Shown one piece after another: positions 30,101 through 35,729 of a stretch of 60,483 bases of DNA. The stretch's first letter is position 1. Every line of letters begins with the position of its first letter. The notes beneath the pieces were generated by a model. The model was not told the DNA's origin. It worked only from the letters and a program-made list of their open reading frames with translations, and did not search any database. A program made the translations under genes and the position numbers. This stretch comes from a virus (Duplodnaviria > Caudoviricetes). The stretch is taken from IMG/VR virus record IMGVR_UViG_3300020045_006193, positions 1 through 60,483 of that record; one strand, written 5' to 3'.

Positions 30101-32374
30101 CTGCGTAGAAACCGTAGCATTACTGGCTTGAACACTCGGTACTTCTGCCTGTTGTTGTGCGCCAGTGTTCGTATTCTGTCCTGCACGAACTTTGGAAACC
30201 TTAGTTGGCTCGTCCTGCGTAACAGTTGATGCTTTAGTTGGTTCTGTGGGTATGTTTGCAACATCAACACCAACAGTCTGAGCGATACGAAGTAAATCAT
30301 CAGCGTGCTTGGGGTTAAGTGTTTTTTCTTCGATTGCCTTATCGATTTCTGCCAGTGTAACCGCCGCTTGCTGTACATCTTCTGGCTTTGGTGCTGGCAA
30401 TAGTTTTTGATTGCCAATCCTGCCACGGACAACCTCACCATTAATCGCATCACTGCCTAGCAATTTCCGATTTACTGGGTTGCTAACTTCCTTGTTATCA
30501 ACTAATTCACCCTCAATTGCTGGGCTAGATAACTGTGCGTTTTTTGCAGTCTGACCATTTAGAGCATTACCTCCAATTGGTTGCAATGTCGGCGCAGTGT
30601 CAAGATTCACATTGTTTGGCTGTGCGCCTTGTGCTACTCCGTACTGGCTTGATTGTTGTGTTGGCTGTGGCGTAGCATTATTGTTACCACCCGCGCCACC
30701 TGCATTGCCACCAGAGCCGCCGCCAGCATTAGAAGCATTGGCTGTAGATGCTGGATTAATTGTAGGTGTAACACTAGCAGGTTGCGCCATTGCTCCAGCC
30801 GCTAAAGCCGCTTGCAAAATATCACCACGCGCTTTTGCATCAGAAAACGCCTTAGCCTGTGTTGCCGCTTTCGCGGTATTGGCGTTATCAATAATAAGCT
30901 GGTTAGCCTGTTCAGTTTCTAGTGATGGACGTGTGGCTTTATCGTAAGCTCTACCAGCACCGCCACCAACACCACCACTAAGCAAGCCCATTGCTCCGCC
31001 GCTTGCCGCTTGTTCGACAACGCCTTTCATTGGATCAACATCCGTGTAAGGCTGCATAGATACGTTTTGGGCATATTGACCACTCGCGCCCTGCATTGTT
31101 TCTTCAATACCTTCCCCTGCTGCGCCTTTTACTACGCCACCAGCAACCGCTTTTAATGTTGGAACTACCCCGCTTGCAATTGCATTAGTACCCGCTTTAC
31201 CAGCTAAGCGATTAAATAACGCACCCTCTAAGCCGCCACCTGTCACCAGTGACGCACCTGCACCAAGTGCCGCCGCTGGTGCAAACGCGGTATTACCAGC
31301 CATTTCCGCTGTAATTCGTACCGCTTCATCAAACCCTTTTTCATTCGCCAATTGTGCGAATTGCGGGTTTTTCATTAACTGGTCTGGGCTATTTTTAGCT
31401 AACCCTAAAAACTCATCACGCGCCGAATTAGACGCACCCGCACCCTCAAGTGTAGCGTTGCCTAAACCCATGATTGCTGCGTTTTGAAACTTATCGGCTT
31501 TAGCCGCTTTTGCTGCCAGTGCTTCAGCTTCTACTGCCTTTGTCGCACCAAATGCTTTTGCTTTCGTTGCACTGTCGATTAGGTTATCAGCTTCTTTAGA
31601 TGCTTTTGTTGCCAGTTTTGGCAATCCATCAGCCGCTAGTCTTTCGCCATTAGCTGCCGCTATATTTGCGCTGGCTATCCGCGCTTCTGCTTTAGCCGCT
31701 TCTTGCGCTGCTCTTGATGTTGCGTTAGCCGCTTTAGCAGTTAATTCTTCAGCTTTACCAACACCAGCTAACCCCTCGGCAACTTTCGCACCTTTCAATA
31801 AAGCCGATCCCGCTACGAATTGAGGAATAGATTCAATTAATGATGGCACTGTGCCGCGCGGGTTTTCAATAGTCGCGCCGAATGCCTTACCTGCTTTCTG
31901 CCCAGTGCTTAAGTTACTGTCATTGGTTATTGCCTCAAGGTCTGTACCAAGCTTAGTCTGTGCGTCCTGCGTACCTTGTGAATAAGGCATTGCTTCTTCT
32001 GCCAAATCAGCAAGTGGGCGAGTTGTAGCATCTCTGGCAATTCCCACTCCAGAATTTACAGTGTTTTCAATCGCACCACCTTGACCAGCGTTTTCATTAC
32101 CTGCTACCAAGTCTGCTATTTTTGCGTAACCACCTAACGCAGTTTGTGCGGTCGAGGCTACAGCATCGGGTAAGCTGATTAAGCCACGCACTACGCCTTT
32201 TGGTAGATCAAGATAACCGCTTGCTGTGTTGGCTAATTGCGGGGCTTGAGGCTTTGCTTGCAAAAACTCATCAAACATTCCAGTTCCAGTGCGTTCCTCC
32301 TTAGCTGGAATAACAGGCGGCTTATTCGTTTTATCGCTCGTTTGTTTTGGTAAAAACTCATCAAACATACCCAT
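15122..32374 (-). CDS. 5750-aa DarB-like polyvalent virion protein (N6-adenine MTase, SNF2 helicase, zincin motifs, ADP-ribosyltransferase-like domains, LPD38-like C-terminus)
   Basis: LEPSVGVG (~25450) and GNPPFG (~25260); HTVGTGKT (~23320), DEAH (~22835), TGTPISN, QREGRIIRQG (~21700); HELIH (~27470), HEIEH (~20385), HELGVH (~19335); YHAT, YHGT, YHGS (~19715, 18785, 18175); WDKIPEFIRERNL...IPMPLGF near the C-terminus. Confidence 0.9.
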   Translation of the reverse strand: MGMFDEFLPKQTSDKTNKPPVIPAKEERTGTGMFDEFLQAKPQAPQLANTASGYLDLPKGVVRGLISLPDAVASTAQTALGGYAKIADLVAGNENAGQGGAIENTVNSGVGIARDATTRPLADLAEEAMPYSQGTQDAQTKLGTDLEAITNDSNLSTGQKAGKAFGATIENPRGTVPSLIESIPQFVAGSALLKGAKVAEGLAGVGKAEELTAKAANATSRAAQEAAKAEARIASANIAAANGERLAADGLPKLATKASKEADNLIDSATKAKAFGATKAVEAEALAAKAAKADKFQNAAIMGLGNATLEGAGASNSARDEFLGLAKNSPDQLMKNPQFAQLANEKGFDEAVRITAEMAGNTAFAPAAALGAGASLVTGGGLEGALFNRLAGKAGTNAIASGVVPTLKAVAGGVVKGAAGEGIEETMQGASGQYAQNVSMQPYTDVDPMKGVVEQAASGGAMGLLSGGVGGGAGRAYDKATRPSLETEQANQLIIDNANTAKAATQAKAFSDAKARGDILQAALAAGAMAQPASVTPTINPASTANASNAGGGSGGNAGGAGGNNNATPQPTQQSSQYGVAQGAQPNNVNLDTAPTLQPIGGNALNGQTAKNAQLSSPAIEGELVDNKEVSNPVNRKLLGSDAINGEVVRGRIGNQKLLPAPKPEDVQQAAVTLAEIDKAIEEKTLNPKHADDLLRIAQTVGVDVANIPTEPTKASTVTQDEPTKVSKVRAGQNTNTGAQQQAEVPSVQASNATVSTQTAAVKPSGKTPKGNKDAFVKAWVNTENRKAGKKTRTATEISKDTAGFTRQAQDEYDNRIVTALNNGEKLSAKTEVPDHGLTLEEFSAPLQPSDNSREAHNEAIAKAQSRGLVIRNQTPLTNDTKTNTSTAKAQQATQGADSNSPAADSTGAQEAKAGVVGGEMASGQVALTSTGRKTTPYPKFNLYEHKDNPDRTQIFGRDVTKTNNWLIENAILEAESRGDDLTQRIFQTDYDRYNDKKNKNRKYGYAAATKDHAEEYLFGEVIPQRKSFLKPFSQPTQEAPNGKSTNPTPKETDTQAVNSRSGKFPLPGQSTTTVGNNGKETSTKTEVLNEAGGAKAEPATQFNPTHTVNDDGDIVAVAQNENGVWESQDKTEYQGYDAEPIESKVATKPLSEMEELKAQMGQAIGEAVSLLGGKMNMTEEEETKLVPIMAKIFRIAAKMGFVKFKETASYVMGQIRELADKETADKFTLEHLLGGYASAGGKDFIGMSEIKSLEDLLSQPATDKAEPAKQGKAQFNENLSAETDEQKYRSLLAEGMTDGLITAIKRNLSESIRSHKKYTNTGVDNRYIGQLEKEAEDRIEQAKTDNRWNDEFYNKRISALINKDIPEMLSFFVNSSDFNEGSQLGFAKIAGLGRSYLRLPMNEKRQKVYDFAGLTEQERAEQEQRLVDGKAKAKEISEAESKARNEQWIDESAENGNKINGVSGKKFIDDAIAAGFNQVFNKSKTNIPHYLLLNPVTRESYDFSAKKSVINHLREYAELAIKRLQEADQQPATPRNAQAKKQTLHSLISSGNVNAVLEHIIANSAIPLHQILANKLIGQLPDGINIVIADTLKNKRGTEGVMNYDYGTRAISVNLAVTPKLKESAVEKGFIHELIHAVTGEKINAIMGNTNESTLTRDEKIARTQLKLIANLITKHVEKNGITGDLKKVSGLATENLRELITYGLTDPVFQKMLADIKMGKDKTAWTQFVHAIAKLLGIELNTEQETALSALLMIGDNLLMDAQGKQSGQQQVIDGIKNSSIGQALGDKLVVGTVGFDKSPAETSEERAAKSYVISKNTNGTKTNNYTVSSMKGGTILAAFDYINGAAKDVKLYVGSIFGKDAAKIAIDRWVAERGNEPTVENSVTPQQLFEFNKALRGGLTAKSPMNGSDYKITKVNDNLYSVYRDGKLVSQHASMDSATGSFVEKAVRVEQEEKPPTIEELKADLSVLENEYANQGRVKNARTADRIDYLKGEIAKLENEPTAKPVVESVKESGLDKFNITPEQKDFAKQAMDSSLKTNGADIFYLKDRAILDERMYAQAKASIRKYYEDNRAFNELYEDEYIDDDGIFNYLASEVIRLAKQQGEPNDNLRINANPDSETAKGVKPQDVPTTGTNKPTTTTSKRENGIGNDATGSTDESRVSGTRGNGDNQRGRDDLVLNDNFTIDSPIAEGGQKTKFKNNIKAIGAIRKLANGEALTLDDKKDLSKYVGWGGIPQAFAKPDGTIAKGWEREAEELKSTLTPEEYDSARRSTQDAHYTSKEIITGIWKAVEQFGFNGGQVLEPSVGVGNFFGFMPAQLKPYAKLVGIELDKITSAIASALYPKARISNSGFQDYRIRKGSFDLAIGNPPFGQQKLFDKENKDLNHLSIHNFFFAKSLDALKDGGVLAMVVSNSLMDSNNANAREIFGRKAKLIGAIRLPNNAFSKNANTTVTTDIIFLQKLMPNETSNPDTWHDIGEINGVPINQYFIDHPENLLGEWGAFDSMFRGDEPALVAKDGQDTNKLLAEAIARLPKDIMPTAQQPIAFDGDGNPLYQYVPNQNYEDALNSSGFTEDEFDKTRQDVANARKNTYIKIKDRLFFKDAYGYIEEVKARINSKGEEVPLTLTEKNRILQMVEVSDVAIKLRDLQLKTDIGNSEIASARAILNAVYDSAVKKIGFMNNAANIRLFENDVNAPFLQSLEKNYDAGVSVAVSKSTGEPARKESAVKADIFTKRTQQPYSSPTRADNSKDALTISMSEKGGVDIKYMQELTGLSVDEITKDLHGLIYEDADKGWVSKEEYLSGNVKEKLAKATKQENIDALLPVIPKDVQAIDITVKSGAAWLPKDVSDAFIAHITGGSNAVAVYSSYNSKWTINTGSVAGSQAVGWGTSRADLSYLLTQAFNNGQASIYDTHKNPDGSESRVLNTDETNAANEKLGEIKTEFDDWIWSDSVRRDRLAKIYNDTFNVYASRNYDGSHLKFVGKVSDSIFKLRPHQFNAVWRVLQGGSVLFDHTVGTGKTATAIAAVMELKRTGKANKPLVVVPNHLVDQWGSDFMQLYPNANILVPTKNDFSAKRRKLLMARIASGDYDAIVIGHSQLTKIENPAEFEQDFIRWQINEVQAAINEMSRTTEGKKSRTVKQAEKAKDAMESKLQALIDMERDDNLDFEQLGIDALVVDEAHEFKNLQYTTGLERVAGLGNPVGSKKAFDLFIKTQFLLDKTGGNNLVFLTGTPISNAIAEMFTMMRYMSGDALKKEGVNVFDAWVRQFAEIVTDWELSPSGKYKQNTRLAKFYNMPELMAMYRQFSDTITREDIAKMGIALPVPKVTGGKPNNVVVEISDDQESYVNKLIERSENLPKGKLKKGDDNMLAIMSDARKAALDMRLINPTYGDNPEGKTNDAVRRINEIYKDTHSVNGTQLVFLDMSIPSGAVAKEKAAYDELVVKAEQGDETAQDALDKLSPDDISALNQKFSMYDDMRSKLVALGIPLNEIAFIHDANTDIKKGKLFGRVRSGSVRILFGSTSKMGAGMNVQNKLVALHHIDAPWRPSDLEQREGRIIRQGNEFFNENPNFEVQILRYATSKTLDSRMWQTIEGKANFIEQLRKGDITSREVEDVAGEASNAAEMKAAASGNPYILEEIKLRADVKKLQSLEKSHKRQQFDIERDIAKNEKFLDESNDILSDLKADAEQASNAPEKFSITVNGKLFSDKKKAGAEIISIGQKMALGEEKTISYAGFNIIVEKKTGFSDPYLKLTVKTKADYYDLSFHTDYITPNAEEESGQQQSPLGLSQRIENKVDSIIDLVPRFEKSIKAAQSELPKLKEQIKPFKDADKLKEVADKHKEVNRLLQAKDENKEPDTEIKPSKSTPSTNTQPHLLTQSEFRELYPDVLHRVATNPDLDKRIIEKAGSNDPKKIFEYYQGLYPSELSDVNVEIVPTPRPTRSWFDVETGVNTKTGEVVTKKTIWLFSKFSEQQLKDWDVKGGGVDLSTPSILRHEIEHAIDYARGKKDGHKPTSNPDQGGKATFKDFDHANFSVDFLHRALVNDALKEGLSVPDNVLADYPELQDRTGVFESRGDKPTNAHTLTSFTQAFTSQLDKQFGQGWTKLLMATGKVKVVSSEEADRIISGGELFSFKPVIIDHNDDKSRILVDTGKGEKWFNTDEIGIERDWVGINADSDDLPELLAAIKKKKPSQQAIYSDDENEETALYEIDKDGNAIVYHATSKANANKILKSGKFQAGSFFEPNANSTLKHVTGRIKNPVILKVRIKKDLLGSAAAGAEIYVDDAVEFTPFDVNKPYFFESDIDAQYSKNGKVQAFYNPANDTTYFAADNIDKNKDLLGLAAHELGVHALQLGKDDKNFKAILSEVDRMIASNSSKAIRTALARAKEANTKAEHVTEEVLAYLVENHPRLTLVQKFLTWFRNKLRAIGKALPPVQRTEWFRKVTAMTESDLVGMAISALKQAPNDLLFDSVGRSGDSIKLAQQQGYKGNDIGESEEWLRAVAKGLDMSKEARMARAKAMGFDVDTPYYHGTTNAGFNEFSKSRFKNIFFFTESKALAEKFAYEDFNEIKESKYKEGDTRDVYEVFLNKGRQFTKEDAEKAVYGFYDEGNQFLWDQGYPWELVIAEVKAAHWETYEDYGTAYFLYYLKGHGFDSFTLKEPTSQYDRTQIETIGVFNSNQIRSINAAFDPDFADSPNLLASKFSVAPKRWSRAFFDWWNGSKFSDKNGQPVKFYHGSNSTFYEFSHAKIGTGTPNHSTSGLGFFFSPQRETATNYGSDVREFYLSAQKVKDMTVDQLPQFDSIEEAKAYADKLKAQGFDAIYLKDAKYAIVFESNQAKLTSNEEPTQSPDIRYSMASAATDSIKSTFSQKAKDNAIYLLQDKYIDLKRRMQDVVKNGGIITEDQDPRMAEELYHKRLSQRVDDFLKDELNPILKGLHDAGLSMDSFQKFLHAKHAPSRNAVMAERNPNQQMIDDAIALHTANGDDKELARWKRARPFKGTEEERLSLSGISDADAQAVIDALSPTDKAKMQALANKVYAINQKTLDLQVEYGLETQQTIDDLNAAWENYVPLHRDEAHPEQNSHPVGSGFSVQGSAFKNATGSNSEVTNILSHIAMAREQALTRGEKARVDTALINFLTAHPDPDFAVVGKVPTVDSLVNGFVETHIDPSYRNKDNYVMTRHNGKDIGIEFNPRNESAARLALALKNMDGADLDMVENIIAKGTRWFASVNTQYNLVFGIMNLMRDAQGGLINLASTPLAGKQASVMKAIAPALKAIYGAERGNATTGAMADLYREYSLAGGTTGFRDLFADVNQRHKAIQREFDKHGDSQARLALSATFKWLSDFNTAMENSVRLAAYKVARDNGLSIDKSASIAKNITVNFNRKGAATTKIGAFYAFFNASVQGNTRMFETLRSPAGKKLLASGVALGAAAALLGITAMGADDWDKIPEFIRERNLIIPDFANKGKYFAIPMPLGFNVIPNIGRKSVEMIFGSNKVSKTQRFGELLTSVIDNFNPLGGKDIGQTITPTVADPIVALWRNKDWTGKTIYKEDFSSLNPTAGFTRKKDTATGASKLAAEAINKLTGGTDYKQGAWSPTPDQLDYVFGQFGGGTYRELANAAQAAATPFNNEELPVRKVPLLGKLYGETSGNAVERGAYYDNLRRLNEHENEINGLKKEPSGRVKIAEYLSENPDAKMVNKAKGFEKIVNNLTKRRKELMAKNADSSVIRGIDDRIAQRMKVLNDSVFNSLR

Positions 32375-34254
32375 TAGTTAAACCCTCTTAAAGCCATTTT
32401 TTCTTTTATTTTAGCTATCATCTCTGGATTGTCCTTGTGTATCTCTAAGGCTCTCAGTGCATCGTTATAATCAGACTCATACGATTTTAGTTGTTTAGGT
32501 GTCATCGTTCTTGATCGCTGTTCGCCAGATTCATTAATCGATTTATAGTCAACAGGTGCATTTTCTTTTTGAGCTTGTTCGCGTTCAAAGTTAGCTTGTT
32601 TTTGCGCTTCTTTTACCGCATCAAACTCTAATTGTCTTTTTCCTGTAGCTAGTGATTGCTGGTCTTTAAGCTTGCCATAATTAGACGCATCAGACTGTAA
32701 TATCTGATTCCACGCTTCTTCACTCTGCTTCTGTTTTGCAGTGCGCTGGTATTGGCTTTCATCCTGCGCTTGGTTGTTGTTCGCCTGAGCTGCCGAACGG
32801 TCTTGCGTATCTTTACCTAAAATAGTGTCCATGCTCTTTTGAGCGTACTTTGTTGCAAGGGCATCACTCATATTGCCAGTGCCTCGATTCATAGTAAGAA
32901 GATTACGCGATACCTGCTCATTCAATGCCGCCTGATTTTCTGGGCTAAGAATCCCTTGTATTTGCGGGGCAACAAAGCCGCGTTGATTAGGCTGTGGTGC
33001 TGGAGGCGTTAATAGCTGTGGCGCGGGTTGTTGCACAAGTCTTCCATTATTGATAGATGGAGGCGGTGCTTCGGTTTGCTGTGCTTGCGGGTTCTTGGCT
33101 TGCTGTGATGCTGCTTTGTTTTCGGCGTTTCGTATATCGATAGAACTCGCATTAGGATTTGCTTGCACTACCGATTCCGCAACGGTTTGTTGGGCTTGTG
33201 GTTGTGGCGCAGGTACTTCTGACTTACCTGCTAAGGTTGGAATTGGTTGACCCTCTCCGCCCATGCCAGTATCATCAAATGACCGCAAGCCATCATAGCC
33301 AGATTGTTGGGGCACATAGCGTGACTGTGGCGTAGAGTTGTTTGCGCCCAATAACGGCACAGGTGCACCCTCTGTTGTCATCGGTCTGTCGCTATATGAT
33401 ATGTTGCCGTTTTTCTGAACCTGCTTAGTAAATCCCGCTGGCATAGTTTCATAATCCAACTTGCTTGGGTTGTTTATTTTTGCCGCTGGTAATAATGACG
33501 GTGCTGTGTTTGCCGCTGGTTGTTCGCCTGTTGCTACATTTGACCGCGCTCCGCCTGTAGGAGTAAATTCTGGAACATTAATTACAGGATTGGGCAGTCC
33601 GCGCACCATATTCGCAACTTCTTCATTGGTCGCTTCTGGCTTGGGTGCGCTTATTTGATTTGTTGATGGCAAAATTGAGGGCGCAGTTGCATTAAAATCA
33701 GGATGAGAAGCAATTTCAGGTATATTTGGAATGTCCAGTGACGGCTTGTTATCTTTGCCGAATAAAAGCTTTCCTGTTCCTTCCATTGCTCCGCTAGACA
33801 AGGTTTTTACCGCTTCATGACCAGTAGAAAGGGCATCTCCAATGTTGACTGCCATTTTACCGATATTTTCTCCAGCTACACCTAATACGCCTTGGTTTTT
33901 AAATGTGGCATCTGGACTTAAATTAGCCGTGTTATCAACTGGCAAAGACGGTGTCTTTTCGCCCATTAGCGTTTCAATACCAACAGGCTTCTTGGCATAA
34001 GGGCTAAACGCACCAGCCGCCGCATGAACCACGCCATCAACTACCTTAGTCTCAGCCCCCTTAGGCGCATAAATACCATTAAATTCATTAATACTCATAC
34101 CCATGAGTTTTGCAAATGCCTCTGCTGCACCTGCATTAAGGATCGCCTCTTTATTGGCTACCAGCGCGGGGTATTTATCCTTAGTCACAGAACCGCTACC
34201 GTCAATAGTGCCTGTGCGTGAGGTTGCCAGTTGTGGTGCGCGTTGAGTTTTCAT
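32374..34254 (-). CDS. Probable internal virion / DNA-ejection protein
   Basis: 626 aa, P/Q/A-rich low complexity; TAATG coupling to the giant gene. Confidence 0.6.
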   Translation of the reverse strand: MKTQRAPQLATSRTGTIDGSGSVTKDKYPALVANKEAILNAGAAEAFAKLMGMSINEFNGIYAPKGAETKVVDGVVHAAAGAFSPYAKKPVGIETLMGEKTPSLPVDNTANLSPDATFKNQGVLGVAGENIGKMAVNIGDALSTGHEAVKTLSSGAMEGTGKLLFGKDNKPSLDIPNIPEIASHPDFNATAPSILPSTNQISAPKPEATNEEVANMVRGLPNPVINVPEFTPTGGARSNVATGEQPAANTAPSLLPAAKINNPSKLDYETMPAGFTKQVQKNGNISYSDRPMTTEGAPVPLLGANNSTPQSRYVPQQSGYDGLRSFDDTGMGGEGQPIPTLAGKSEVPAPQPQAQQTVAESVVQANPNASSIDIRNAENKAASQQAKNPQAQQTEAPPPSINNGRLVQQPAPQLLTPPAPQPNQRGFVAPQIQGILSPENQAALNEQVSRNLLTMNRGTGNMSDALATKYAQKSMDTILGKDTQDRSAAQANNNQAQDESQYQRTAKQKQSEEAWNQILQSDASNYGKLKDQQSLATGKRQLEFDAVKEAQKQANFEREQAQKENAPVDYKSINESGEQRSRTMTPKQLKSYESDYNDALRALEIHKDNPEMIAKIKEKMALRGFN

Positions 34255-34316
34255 TGCTAAATTCCAGTGTTTATTTTACCTTTGATTTTATCACTGTTCG
34301 TGATACGACGGACAAT

Positions 34317-34347
34317 AAAAAACCAGCGTTCTTTCGATTGCTGGTTT
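34317..34347 (-). terminator. Terminator of the tRNA transcript
   Basis: Minus strand AAACCAGC...GCTGGTTTTTT. Confidence 0.75.
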
Positions 34348-34441
34348 CCTGTAGTCTTCCCTGCCGCCATTATCGGTTGTCTTTCAGTGCAGCGCATGGG
34401 GGCATCCCCTGCCTTCTCTACGATAATCACACTCTTGCTCG

Positions 34442-34512
34442 TGGAGAGAATAGCGGTGCTCGAAACCGCATGACCGACTTGGAAGGACGGCTAACAACCT
34501 TTGTGTATTCTC
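34442..34512 (-). tRNA. tRNA-Gly(TCC)-like with shrunken D arm
   Basis: Acceptor GAGAATA/TATTCTC-T-CCA; anticodon loop CTTCCAA; T arm GCGGT-TTCGAGC-ACCGC; D arm only ACAA-AGG-TTGT. Confidence 0.65.
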
Positions 34513-34517
34513 AAAAT

Positions 34518-34594
34518 TGGCGTTCCCAGTCGGACTTGAACCGAACATCAGCGATTTGAAAGACCGCTATCCTAAACCTTTAGACGATGAGAAC
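34518..34594 (-). tRNA. tRNA-Glu(TTC)
   Basis: Full cloverleaf; GCGGT-CTTTCAA-ATCGC; GGTTCAAGTCC T arm; CCA end. Confidence 0.9.
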
Positions 34595-34603
34595 ATTTAA
34601 AAC

Positions 34604-34677
34604 TGGCAGTTCCAAGACGATTTGAACGTCTGATTTCACAGTCAAAGTGTGATGTGTTGCCGCTACACTATGGAACA
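34604..34677 (-). tRNA. tRNA-Gln(TTG)
   Basis: TCACA-CTTTGAC-TGTGA; T arm AGACG-TTCAAAT-CGTCT; unpaired 1:72; CCA end. Confidence 0.88.
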
Positions 34678-34684
34678 TTAATTT

Positions 34685-34759
34685 TGGTAGCGAAGGCTGG
34701 AGTTGAACCAGCTACATTAGGCTTATGAGACCCACAATCTACCGTTGATATACTTCGCT
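34685..34759 (-). tRNA. tRNA with CAT anticodon (Met or Ile2)
   Basis: AGCGAAG/CTTCGCT-A-CCA; TGGGT-CTCATAA-GCCTA; GCTGG-TTCAACT-CCAGC. Confidence 0.85.
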
Positions 34760-34771
34760 AAATTATTATTA

Positions 34772-34844
34772 TCAGGGTGGAGAGGCTCGAACTCCCGACC
34801 GAACACTTCCAAGGTGTTCATTCTACCAACTGAAATACACTCTG
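34772..34844 (-). tRNA. tRNA-Pro(TGG), CCA not encoded
   Basis: CAGAGTG/CACCCTG-A; AACAC-CTTGGAA-GTGTT; GGGAG-TTCGAGC-CTCTC. Confidence 0.85.
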
Positions 34845-34863
34845 ATAATAATAACTAAAAAAC

Positions 34864-34933
34864 ACTGTGCAGTAGGATTCGAACCTACAACTTTGGTTAT
34901 GAATCAATGTTCAGCCATTTGAACTATACACAG
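34864..34933 (-). tRNA. Degenerate tRNA-like gene (CAT in a poorly paired anticodon arm)
   Basis: Acceptor CTGTGTA/TGCACAG, D arm GTTC/GAAC and T arm GTAGG-TTCGAAT-CCTAC are intact; anticodon stem short and mismatched; no CCA. Confidence 0.6.
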
Positions 34934-34982
34934 TTTACTGCATCAAACACACCCAATCAGCAGTCTTTCCCGCTGTCTAAAC

Positions 34983-35035
34983 TGGTGCGCCCTCTTGGGA
35001 GTCGAACCCTAGTAACAATTGACTAGAAGCAGGGC
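34983..35035 (-). ncRNA. 53-nt mini-tRNA-like element
   Basis: GCCCTgCTT/AAGAGGGC stem, CTAGT/ACTAG hairpin, GG-TTCGACT-CC T loop, ends GCACCA. Confidence 0.5.
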
Positions 35036-35092
35036 TTTATAAAATTTGTGTTAGCGGCTCAGTGTTACAGCACATTCCGATAACGTGAGTTC

Positions 35093-35101
35093 AGTATAGC
35101 A
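35093..35101 (-). promoter_or_regulatory. Extended -10 promoter for the tRNA cluster
   Basis: TGCTATACT just upstream of the cluster. Confidence 0.55.
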
Positions 35102-35108
35102 GGATAAA

Positions 35109-35729
35109 TTAGTCTGTCCAGTTTTGTTGCTCAGGGAACAAGTCTCTAACCGATTCACTGAATAATAATGTATCGCCTTTCTTGCCAACGATACAGGTAC
35201 TTTTATCGGTTGCTTCAAATATCCGTTTTGGTGGTTGTGGCACTAATCGGCTTTTAACCTGCCCTTGATATTCCAGCTCATCATAAAACTGGTTCACTTG
35301 GAAAGGTGTGCAGTTCATTAGCACCTGCAAACAGTTTTTATCACGCGGCTGTTGTGCCACTGCGAATATGTCTTGTTGGAGTGCGTTGTCTAACTGGAAT
35401 TTTAAATCAATTACTTCTTGTGTGGTGATTGCATTCAGCAATGAGTCGAATGTATCAATTACTAAATCATGAAAATCATCGCTTACCCACATTGCAAATC
35501 TGTATACCAAGTGCTTATTAACGAAAGTATCGCCGTTTCGACCCTGTGTTTTTCTAATTGTCAACTCATTTAAAACGGGAGATTTGTGCAGGTATCGCTT
35601 GATAGATGGCTGGCGCAAAAAATCGTAGGGTCTATTCTTTTCATAATTGCCTGCCGCCGCGCATAATGCTTTTAGCGAGTAAAGACCGTCATCGGTAGGA
35701 TTATTAAGGGTTTCTATCAGGGTTTTCAT
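35109..35729 (-). CDS. KilA-N domain protein
   Basis: DGLYSL..L..AAG...RP..FLR...GRNGDTFV...LVYRFAMWVS..FH..V...FD. Confidence 0.85.
   Translation of the reverse strand: MKTLIETLNNPTDDGLYSLKALCAAAGNYEKNRPYDFLRQPSIKRYLHKSPVLNELTIRKTQGRNGDTFVNKHLVYRFAMWVSDDFHDLVIDTFDSLLNAITTQEVIDLKFQLDNALQQDIFAVAQQPRDKNCLQVLMNCTPFQVNQFYDELEYQGQVKSRLVPQPPKRIFEATDKSTCIVGKKGDTLLFSESVRDLFPEQQNWTD

Noticed and set aside
15107-33658. Many plus-strand ORFs of 60-155 aa opposite the giant and ejection genes
   Set aside because: These are antisense shadows of long coding frames, with no RBS or recognisable motifs. The same applies to those opposite the fibre, portal, TerL and DnaB, and to 7710-8261.
34375-34395. Hammerhead ribozyme suggested by CTGAAAGA on the minus strand
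   Set aside because: It does not match CUGAnGA spacing, and I could not build the three stems with a GAAA core.
34218-34559. Plus-strand ORFs 34218-34559 and 34267-34473
   Set aside because: They overlap the tRNA genes and terminator on the opposite strand, which explain the sequence better.
34983-35010. tRNA 3' end as an attP site
   Set aside because: No integrase is visible, and the element sits inside a co-oriented tRNA operon.
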